Positions 46,204 through 64,000 of a DNA stretch of 64,000 nucleotides are shown here, piece by piece (positions within the stretch are counted from its first letter, which is position 1; every line of letters starts with the position of its first letter). The stretch lies in NCBI RefSeq assembly GCF_009914755.1, contig NC_060946.1. One strand, given 5' to 3'. A program made the position numbers and the translations under genes. A model generated the notes under the pieces. It saw nothing but the letters and a program-made list of their open reading frames with translations, ran no database searches and had not been told where the DNA came from. This DNA is from the human T2T-CHM13v2.0 reference genome, Homo sapiens.

Positions 46204-47785
46204 CCCTTTGTCTCTCATTTCCTTAACAGAGGGACATTTCCCTTCCCTGGTCTCAGACACAAATGAGCCCTGCCCAGGGTACCCCGCCACAATACAATTG
46301 CTGGGTCCCCCAGCCCCCTCCTCAGACCCAGAAAGCCCCATAAGTGAGAGGAGGGCCCGGTGGGCACCTGGAGGCCTTGTGCCTGCTGGCAGGGGCAGTA
46401 GCCGGGTGGGAGCTGTCACGTGGGGCTCAGGCCCAGCAAGACTGTCACCTGATGCTTCAGGGCGGCCAGAATCCGGGTTTCTGTGTCAATCTCTCCGTTG
46501 TAAAATGTTGTAAGATGTTGGCCGCACGCAGTTTGGTTTATTTTCCTCCGACGCTGCAGGCCACACAGAGCACACTTAGGGGCTAGACTCCGCCCTTTGT
46601 CCCCCAGTTGCCCCCTGCTCTGAGGGTTTGTGACAGCTCTGTCCCCTTGTGGCCTCTGCCTGGGGTTTCTGGCCCCGGGGCAGCCCCGCAGCTGTGCCCT
46701 CTCTGCCTGTCACGGCCCAAACCCAGAGCACTAGCACCTTTGCTTGAGCCTCCACTGCCCTCCTGGCGCTGGGCTGTTGGGTGTAGACAGATTTTACACA
46801 TCTGTGGCTGGGGCCAGGGAGAGGTTATAGCTAATTCCTTAACGCTGACTAGAGATGCCTTTTTTAAAGATCTCTTTAAAATTCCTCAGCCATCCCCACC
46901 TCCGGAATTTCTGGCTGGCCGCTTCTCCCAGATGCCTACAGCATTCCCAGTCCCCTGTTTCCCTCCTCCTGCCTCCCACCTCGGGCTGCCCATTTCTCTC
47001 TGATTTCTTATCCCAAGCAGTCAGGCCTCCCTCCCTCTCTGGAGCTGGCCCCTCCTGCCAGCCAGGCCCTGCCTGTGGTCAGCAAGCTTGGGACCAGGCT
47101 GTGCTGAGCCCACAAAGCCAGTCCTCTCCTGAGAGCCAGCCTCCGGCGTGGGAAACCATTTCATCCCATCCGGATCCCTGGCGGTTCTGCTTTGCTGCGT
47201 TTACACCAGTGGCCATGACGGAGATTCTCGCTCACATCTGTCCAGCCTGGGCACTTTTATGAGGCATTTTCACCAGTGGGGTCCAATGTAATCCCTTTAT
47301 TCTTATGAGATAAATGTTCATCCATCCGTTAAACCAAATATCTATGAAGCACCCAGTCTGTGCTAGGCACGGGGACTGTAGCAGTGAACAAGTTGTTACG
47401 GTTCTTGCCCTCCTGGCTTATGGCATAGGATGGAAAAAAAGTCATCGGGTGACAACAGGACGCCCCCTGAGCCTAATTGAGAGTGAAGGCGGTCAGAGAC
47501 AGGGGCAACTAACTTCTCTGAAAGACGTTCTAGGGCAGGGGAGGGACCCGCAGCTGGAGGGCAAGCAGGTCTCAAAGGCCCCTCCGAGGAGTCAAGGATC
47601 TGGGCTTTATCCTCTGTTTTCATTCTTTTCAGAGACAATTCAGTACATGCTTTAGTATTTTTATATGTTTTTTGTTGTTGTTTTTGTTTTTTTTTTACAG
47701 CAGTAAGGTAGGAAATCCTTGTCTGGCCATGAAATTTGGTTTGGGATCTAAAAGATACAGTGTTCCCGTAAGTTTGAGAGCGTGG

Positions 47786-48987
<1,202 letters not shown>

Positions 48988-49599
48988 TGATGGAGGGGTC
49001 AGGTGAGCCTTGTGGGAATCCCAGAAGCTGGGGACTGGGAAGGGCCCTGTTCAAGGGGCTGGACGCTCCCTGTGGTGAAGCCCAACTCTACCATTTGTTG
49101 ATTGCACAATGTTGGCACAATGTTGGGCAAGTTATTTCACTCTGTGAGCCTCAATGTCCTCAACTGGAAAATGGGGAGAAGAATAATCTCTACCTCACGG
49201 AAGTAGTTCATGTTAGTTCATGTGAAATCAGACATCTAAAAGTGCTCTGCGAAGCAGGCAGGAAGCACCGGCTGTGCCCTGCCTTCACTGGGATCACTCT
49301 GCCCCCACCACAGGGACTTGGGAAACTGCTTGGTTTTACCATCCAAGAGACCTGGGGGTGGGAGATAAGGAGCAAACCCTCTACTTCTTCAAGCCCTCAC
49401 TCCAGCAAATCCTCCAGGCAGCCAGGCAATGCTGAAGTCCCTGTCCAAGGGGGTCTAGGCTGAGCCCGGGTGGAGTGGGTTCTTGGGCCAAGGTGCCTGG
49501 AGGGGACTGAAGGCCTCTACCCAAAGTCCTCATGAGAACTGGGTGGGGGAGCCTGTGTTCAGGTGAGGGGTACGGAGGCACCTCTGTGGCACAGCCTTT

Positions 49600-50750
49600 G
49601 CGAGGAGGGCTGTGGAGGGAGACCTCCGGGGCCGGGGTCGAAGGACATCGTGTGGGCGCGACCGCAGTGCTGGGCGGGGGGCGGGCGCTTGGGCTTGGGC
49701 CCTGCGTCCTGTGCGTGTTGGTTTCCTGTGGGCACGTGGGGCCCTCGGAAGAGGGGAGGAGGGTGAGCACGTCCTCAGAGGGCAGACCCAGCGAGGCGTC
49801 GTGGCAGCTGCGGCCGCGGAGACGCCGGCTCCGCCTCTTGCACACGCCCCCTCGCCTGAGGCCCCGCCCCGCCCGCGATGCCCCCGCCCCCTTCCCCGCC
49901 CCGCCCCCCGGGGCGCCGCGACCCGCCCCTGGGCCCGCCCCCGGGTCCGCCCCCGGCCTCCGTTTGCGCCGGGTCTGTGCTGGCCGCGCGCCTGGCGCTC
50001 CACGCTGAGCCTCTCCGTGCAATGATTAACCCGGCGGGGCGGCCGGCGCGGGACCCGAGACGGAGGCGCGGGGCCGGGGCGGGACCCCGCAGGACCGCTC
50101 GGCTTCCTGCTCTCGCCGGAGTTTCCGCGTAGAGGGCGCATCGCCGGCCCGGGGCCCTTGGTGCGGCGTGGCGCAGGGCGCGGCGTGGGGCGCGCGTGGG
50201 CGCGGCGCAGGCGGCCCGGGTCACCATGAGGACTCTCCGCAGGTTGAAGTTCATGAGTTCGCCCAGCCTCAGTGACCTGGGCAAGAGAGAGCCGGCCGCC
50301 GCCGCGGACGAGCGGGGCACGCAGCAGCGCCGGGCCTGCGCCAACGCCACCTGGAACAGGTAAGGCCGCGCCCTCCCGGCCACCCGGAGGCCCTGGAGCC
50401 GGGGGAGGGGACCCCTGAGCCGTCCGCGGGCTAGGGGCCGCCCCGAGCCAGGAACGCTGCCGAAGGCGGCGCGGCGCTTCACAGTTTGCAAAGAACTTGC
50501 CCCGCCGGAGTGGTGCGGGCCTGGAGGAAAGTTCAGTGCAGCGTGGTTCCAGAACCCAGGGAAGGGAGCGAGGCCCGCCAGCGCCCGGGGCTGGCCCAGA
50601 AGCGCCCGGCGGGTGGGCGGCGGGGTGGGCCGGGAAGCCGCGTGCCCGCCTCCTACCCGGGGTCTTTCCACGTCTCCACTGCGGTGCTCGTGACAACCTG
50701 GGAGGCTAACGGAGCAGGAAGTATTTTTCCCATTTTGCGGCTGAGCACGG
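49600..50750 (+). promoter_or_regulatory. PRR5: CpG island / proximal PRR5 promoter with a dense GC-box cluster
   Basis: Multiple CCGCCC boxes at 49860-49960 and ETS-like CTTCCTG/TTTCCG near 50103-50126; surrounds the first coding exon. Confidence 0.9.
50226..50359 (+). CDS. PRR5: PRR5 (Protor-1) first coding exon, MRTLRRLKFMSSPSLSDLGKREPAAAADERGTQQRRACANATWN(S)
   Basis: GTCACCATGA start, 134 coding nt, donor CAG|GTAAGG; recognised as the PRR5 N-terminus, which also begins the PRR5-ARHGAP8 read-through. Confidence 0.97.
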
Positions 50751-51053
50751 GAGCCTCGGGGCTCAGTGGGTGGGTCGCGCAGGCTTCCTGTGTCTCTTTA
50801 AGCTCCCTTCGGCTTTCCCTTGAGAGGCCCCCTGTCCTCCAGCTGTCAGCAGGGGGTGCGGCAGCTGCGAGGCATTCTTTAGAGGACTCTCCTCCAGGGG
50901 TCATTCCCAGACAAGCAGGGGCCTGGGAAGCCCCTTCTCCCAGCTTTGTTTGAGGAGCAAGTCCGGGATCTGGAAAAGAGACGGTTTATTTAGTGGAACT
51001 CCCCAGCGTCTCTGCTCCCTAGGAAAATGAGAGGCAGGAGAAAGTGAGGCAGG

Positions 51054-51121
51054 CTGTTCGCGGGAGGCAGTGGACACTGTTCGGGGGAGGCTGTGGACAC
51101 TGTTCGGGGGAGGCTGTGGAC
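51054..51121 (+). repeat. 23-bp tandem repeat CTGTTCGGGGGAGGCTGTGGACA, about 3 copies
   Basis: Units start at 51054, 51077 and 51100. Confidence 0.9.
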
Positions 51122-51487
51122 GTTGCCCCTCTCGCGCCCACACCTGGCAGTAAAATCTTGCCAGATGCTCCACCGGCTGTGGTCTTGGCCACCGGGAACC
51201 CGGCTGTCACTTGGACACACGTTATTTTCAGTTCATTGAATGCATTGTGAGCGTCATGGTGGGCTCAGGGCTGCCAGCGAGACCCTCTTCAAACGTGGTC
51301 TCTTCTGTCTCTGAGTTGCAAACTGCTAGAGGGCTGTCACATGCCTGCCTCCGTTTCCCTCTCCGTCAGTGGGTATTCGCATTCCTCCCTGTGGGGAGGG
51401 CTGGTGTGGGAACAGTGAAGGAAGGACTCCTGTTGGGAAATCTCCCTGACCCAACGACTGCACAGTGTCTTAAGAGCTGTGTTCTCC

Positions 51488-57710
<6,223 letters not shown>

Positions 57711-60700
57711 TGAGCTGCTCTTTTCTCACGTGTGTGGTGGTACACCACCCTGACCCCCTACCCGCCGCCCCTCCCAACCCGGCCTCATGCTGGGGAGGTG
57801 GAGGGTGGAGGTGGGATGTGAGGCGGGTAGGCAAGCAGCCAAAGGGAGGCCATGGGTGCGGCACTGTCCTCCCCCACGGCCTGTTCTGGACAGACAGGGC
57901 CCCCGGATCAGCCCCTAGGGCCTCAGCCCTTCTCTTCAGCCCAAGCCCCAGTGGCAGCAGATCTCAGCACTGCCAGGCAGCATGGAGCCTCCCTAAGGAT
58001 CCTCCCCTTCTCTCCCTCACCTGCACCCCCCCCCCAGCGCTCAGGAGGGGCTGGCCCCCCTGCTGGGACTTGGCCTCAGGAGGACTTACCCTCCTGGGAT
58101 GTGAGGCCCTGCCCTGGGAGGGCACTGCCTGCTGGGGCTGGGGGGGCTTCCTAGAGGAGGCGGTCCACATCTGGACAAGGGAGGTCATGGGCCGTTTCCA
58201 CTCAAGCCCTCACCCAGAAGCCATGACATTTACACATGCCCCAACTGGGCCCGTCTTTGCAGGGCCCAGAGGGGCAGCTGGGGTTTCGTTTCTGTTTTGG
58301 GAGATGACAGGTCACATGAGACCCTCCCACCCTCCTCGCCCTTCCTGTATCCCTGAGTGGCCCGCAGCGAGGCTTTCTTGTTTACCAAACACCCTTAGCC
58401 TACCTTCTCCCAAGGGTTTGGCTGGGGTGGAGAGGAGCAGAGGTCCTGGGTGTGGGGGAGGGGCCTCTGCGGGTGCCAGGCTGTGTGCCTCTGTGTCTTC
58501 TGTAATCTGGGGGCTGGTGGTTAGGTGACTGAGAAGCCACAGAGTAGGTGGGCCCAGGCTGGGTGTGGCCAAGGTGTGGTAGATACAAGCCTCTCCCTGT
58601 AGCTTCACAGAAAAGGCCGCAGGGCAGGGCAGGGCAGGGCAGGGCATGCTGACCTTACAGCACCCCGGGCGGTCGGCACTGTACTGAGAAGTCCATTTTC
58701 CAGATGGGGACACTGAACCACTGAGTGATTAGGTGGTAACTCGGCCGAGTTACCCAGCCCAGAAGTGTAGTTCAGAGTCCACAGAGGGAGCAGGCAGGGG
58801 TGGGGAGTGTGGGTGGGAGAACACCCAGGGCGAGGAGCCCAGGAGAGGCTCAGGCCTCCACGGAGGGAAGGGCGTGCCATGGCGTTCGCGGGCAGGTGTT
58901 CGCTGGCAGGTGCTTGCTGGGCTTTGCTCTGTGCGGCCAGAGTGTGAGGCCAGGTGGGGCGTCAGGAGGTCTAACCGTAAGCCAAGTAGACACTTCCTCC
59001 CCCAAAAAGAAGTAGCTAGCTTTCCCACACAGCTGCGAGGGAGGGCAGGTGAAGGGCGAGCCCCAGGCAGAGGGAACAGCAGGATGGAGGCCCCGGGGCA
59101 GAAAGAAGCCAGGGCAGCTCCAGCCTGGGGCCTCAAGGGGGTAGTCAGGAGGGCAGTGTGAGTGACGCCAGACCCAAGAGGGCCACAGGTCAGAGGGAGA
59201 ACCTCATCCAGAGGTCCCATGGTGTAGGGTCACCTCTGGCAGGGTGACCAGAGTGGGCTGGAGTTCCCCAGGGGAGTTAATGAAAAGGAAGGAAGGACAG
59301 GCTGCTCAGGGCAGATCACTGAGGACAGCAGGGCTGAAGCCTGGGGCCCACTGCGAGCCTTGGAGGCCCTGGCTACACCGCTGCACTGTCCCCTCTGCCT
59401 GAATTGGGTCCAGCAGTGGCTCCACCGTCCGCTGTAAGGGAGGCCTGGGCTCCAGGAGAGAACTTGGGAAGGCACCTCTGAACCTCCATCCAGGGTGTGG
59501 GGACAGTGGCCAGGAGTACCTCCACTCGCCATATCCCAGAGGCTCTCCCAGCAGATGCAGGGCTGGGTGGAGGCAGCCCTGGCATCTCCACTGCCTCCAA
59601 CCCACCCCAACAGCTGCCACAGGGCTGGGAGGGTGTCTGCAGCTGCCAGGATTGTAGGGTGGTTGCCGTTGGGGGACAGCTGGTTTCCTAGCAGACTTCC
59701 CTCGGGATTTTCAACTTTTTTTAGTCTGAAAATGGGGGCAGGGGGCAGCTCTACTGTGACATAGTTGTGGGGCTGGGGCCACCCCAGGGCTTCTCACAGG
59801 GGAGCGTCATCCCAGCCATGAGGGGATGACCAGCCACCAGCCTCTCCCCTGGGCTGGCTCATCCTTCAAACTCTCTAGGGGTGGCGCTCTCACGATTCCT
59901 GATTTACAGACAGGAAACAGAAGGTAGAGAGCCCGTGTCCCCAGACACGGGACTAAGGAGCATTCCGGTGCAGTCGGGCACCCCAGGCCAGGGATACGTA
60001 TCTGGCGTGATCTCGGCCAGTGCCCGCTGAGAAGCTGATGAAGCCCTGGGCAGAGCTGGATCTCAGCCTGTGGCCGGGCCAGGCCAAGCACCAGCTGTGG
60101 AACCTGGCACAGCCCCCATGCTGCTCAGAGCCTCCTCGAAGCATGTGGGATATGCAGCCTGTGACCCTGCCCTGCGCCAGCGAGGACAGGGAGGATAGGG
60201 AGACGGGAAGCCCTGGCCAGTCCCGGCTCCGTGTGGGGACGCTGCCTGGGAGAAGGAGCACAGGGGAGTTCAGGTGCACAGGGGCCCAAGATGCTGGCCG
60301 CTCTGTGACCTCCAGCAGAGGACTTAGCCACCTGGGCCTTGGTTTTCTCATCTGCAAAATGGGTGGCCAAGTCACAGGGAAGGGTAGAGTTAAAGCAGAT
60401 GAGGACGTTAGGAGCATGGTGGCAGCTGCCTGCTTTGTGGTGTGGGCAGCATCGTGTGGACAGCTGTCCCCTCCAAGGTGAGAAGTGTGGTGCTGGTCTG
60501 CCATAGGAACCTTGGAGCTGCAGCTAGGTCCTGGGTGGGCGGTGGCTGTTGTACCCAGACCTGGTTCTCACCCTGAGGACCTCGTGGCCAGCAGCGGGCA
60601 CTCATGACCAGGAAAGTGAATCAGCAAAGTGCTAGTGGAGAGTCTGCACTGGGAAGGGAGGGGTTGGGGGTCAGAGGGCTTCTTGCAGGTGATGGCCTCT

Positions 60701-61059
60701 GAATCAAGATGAATAGCTGCTTGCCTCATGGATAGGGATGAGAAGGGCCTTCCAGACAGGAGAAGCAGTTGCTACTAAGACCCAGAGATGTGGCGCTACC
60801 CGGAGGGTCCTGCAGTCTCTGGGGTCAGAGCTCAGGATGCCCGGGAGTGTGGGGAGGGGCCATGTCGGGAGGAGCCTGGATGCTGCTTGCAGGACCTCAG
60901 GCTGTGCCTGCTGGGCAAAGCCCTGGGCAGGGAAGGAACTGCAGCCTCCACAGAGGGTGGATGTGGTGGAGAGGTGGGAGGCCAGCTCCTGTCATCCGAG
61001 GTCCAGGCAAGCCAGGAAGGGGTACGGGGAGAGCTCTAGGAGGTAGAAATGGGCTAGAC

Positions 61060-61842
<783 letters not shown>

Positions 61843-62330
61843 GCCTTAGAGAGTTTTACAAACAGGGGCAGGAAGCATGAGGGGGTCGGGAGCCCCACAG
61901 CTGGCTAGGGACGCAGTGATGATCCTGAACTCCGGGTGGCCGTGGAGGTAGAGAAGGGGCAACAGTCCACAGGACTTGGATGTGTTGGGGGGTGGGAGAG
62001 TCGCAGGGGTTTCCTGGTTTCTGGCCTGGGCAAGGTGGGGTTAAGAACCCAGAAAGGAAGCTGGCTGAGGTTTGGCCACATAGTGTGTGCAGAGGACACG
62101 GGAGCAAGGTCCTGCGGCAGTGACCAGAGGGCATCTGGTGATACAGGCTGGGCTCCAGCAGGGCCGGGCTGGGGGTGCAGGGCCTCGGAGTTGAAGTGGG
62201 TGTGAGCAGGGTCCTGCAGGGATGGCTATCCTGCCCTTCTAGGAGAGAGGGAAAGAGGAATGGGGCCTGATGGGCAACCAGGGGGCTCTCAGACCTCAGG
62301 ACTGCAGTGTTTTCTTCCCTCTGCCCCCAG

Positions 62331-62411
62331 CATCCACAACGGGGTGATCGCCGTCTTCCAGCGCAAGGGGCTGCCCGACCAGGAGCTCTTCAGCCTCAAC
62401 GAGGGCGTCCG
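62331..62411 (+). CDS. PRR5: PRR5 second coding exon (81 nt), (S)IHNGVIAVFQRKGLPDQELFSLNEGV(R)
   Basis: Polypyrimidine tract with CCCCCAG| acceptor and CG|GTGAGT donor; phase 2-2 and in frame with the exon ending at 50359. Confidence 0.97.
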
Positions 62412-63399
62412 GTGAGTGCCTGTCCCACCTTGGTCCAGGGTCCTTGAGTGGCAGGGAGGGCTAGGCCCAGAGTCGAAGGCCCCAGCCAGGCCCCTGACCC
62501 GCCAGCCACGCCTGTGCTTCCTCCCCTAGAGGCCATCTGTCAACAGGAGAGCGAGGCCCAAGTTAGCAGTGGCCATGGGGCCAGGACGTGGTTTCCCGAG
62601 CTGCCATGTGGGCCATGACCTCCATAAACCACTTCAGGCCTGGTGGCCCTGCACCCCCACAGCCCCAGAGAAAGTTCTTCAAGGGGAAGCAGGGTGGGAC
62701 TTGGACAGCCGCTGGAGATGACGCTGACGGCCCCCGCTGGTGCTGAGCATCGTGAAGGATATTTATTCTGTTAAAGAGGAAGGACCCACCTGCCTAACGA
62801 CGGGAGTGTTATTCCCGGAAAAGCAATTCCAGCCCTGCCAAACACCCCTCGTTTCCTGTGAATAGCCGGGAAATGAGGATTGCGAAGCAGCAGGCTGGAC
62901 ACACACCCAACAAGCTGCTGCCCCAAGCCAGGTGGCAGGAGCTTCAAGGGAGTCTAGGGTTGCCATTTGTAGTGGAGGAGGCCAAAGCTCAGAGAGGTCA
63001 AGTGACTCGCCCCAGATCACACAGCTGCTCCAAGGAGGCAGTTCCCAGCTCTGTGCTATTTCCTTTGGCCCTGACCCTGTTACCTTGTCCCTGTGTCAAA
63101 AGAATACTGGCAAAATAGGCAGTAACCCTTCCCCTTGTTATTCAGGAGAAGAGTCAGTGGACTGGCCAGACTTTCATACGCAGGCGCCCCCCTCCACCCT
63201 GTGTGGCAAAGCTGAAGGGGCCCTTACATGTGGGTAAACTGAGGCCCAATACATGCCGCTTGTTCAGGGTGTCCTGCTTTTCTCTGGCTTATCTGGCCCA
63301 CCCCTGGGTGGGGCTCTGGGAGCTCATTTTCCTGATGAGCCTCTGCTTCAGGAAACAGGAGCCTAAAGGATCTGCCAGGGGGCGGGGTGGGGGGCAGTT

Positions 63400-63688
63400 T
63401 GGTTTGGTTTTTGAGACGGGGTCTTGCTCTTGCCCAGGCTGGAGTGTGGGGGTGCAATCTCAGCTCACTGCAACCTCTGCCTCCTGGGCTGAAGCAACCC
63501 TCCCACCTCAGCCTCCTGAGTGGCTGGGACTACAGGTAGGTACCACCACACCCGGCTAATTTTTTATTTTTTGCAGAGATGGGAGTCTCACTACCCAGGC
63601 TGGTCTCGAACTCCTGGGCTCAAGCCATCCTCCCACCTCCAGCCTCTCAAAGTGTTAGAATTACAGGTGTGAGCCACCATGCCCGGCC
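63400..63688 (-). mobile_element. AluJ
   Basis: Diverged antisense Alu with CTCCTGGGCTCAAGC J-type diagnostics. Confidence 0.9.
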
Positions 63689-64000
63689 AGCTGGGTATTT
63701 AAACAACAACAAAAGGAGTTACTGTTAAATTTACAAATCCAGCAGCAGGCACAGTCCCCAGCTTTGGACATCCTTCTCCCCTGCCCTCCTTGGTGTGAAC
63801 AGCATTGGTAATTGGCTGATTCTTGCTGCTGCCTCTCCACAGGGCTGACACAGAGCAGGCAGCCTCCCCAGGAGTGTGTGCTGGGGGTGGGGGCACAGAG
63901 AAGCTGCCCTGGGCCCCAGGCTTCCCTCGTCAGCCCCAGGATTCTACCCAAGAAATGGGTAAAAATCGGGGGCTGTGTTAAACTTTGAGCCCCTGGACAG

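Noticed and set aside
49381-50696. 388, 298 and 213 aa minus-strand ORFs over the proximal CpG island
   Set aside because: The same GC artefact; they are antisense to the real PRR5 exon, and the 388-aa length equalling that of PRR5 is coincidence.
51165-51246. Possible cassette exon (CCAG|ATG...ATT|GTGAGC) downstream of the first coding exon
   Set aside because: The splice signals are only moderate and cannot be supported without transcript data.

Overview
This is human (or very closely related hominid) genomic DNA: GC-rich, very Alu-dense, and containing the 5' part of PRR5 (Protor-1, an mTORC2/RICTOR-binding protein; from memory 22q13.31) on the + strand. Spliced translation of 50226-50359 plus 62331-62411 gives MRTLRRLKFMSSPSLSDLGKREPAAAADERGTQQRRACANATWNSIHNGVIAVFQRKGLPDQELFSLNEGVR; the gene continues beyond the window. 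There are two CpG-island promoters (about 16.0-16.9 kb and 49.6-50.7 kb), candidate alternative upstream exons (donors at 16530, 24970 and 27615), and a splice acceptor inside the first coding exon (50243). Together these give three possible N-termini. The window opens in the acidic tail of an ANP32B processed pseudogene whose coding-derived 36-bp unit has expanded to 26 copies. The rest is about 50 Alus, old L1M fragments, a short young L1PA, MaLR (MLT1/MST) and ERV1 LTRs, DNA-transposon relics and several VNTRs. Nearly all entries in the ORF track are Alu, repeat or GC-content artefacts. I see no evidence of a wholly new biological system. The most notable items are the pseudogene-derived minisatellite, the PRR5 N-terminal/uORF switch architecture and several unusual retroelement events. 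Repeat subfamily names are from recollected consensus sequences and repeat boundaries are approximate.
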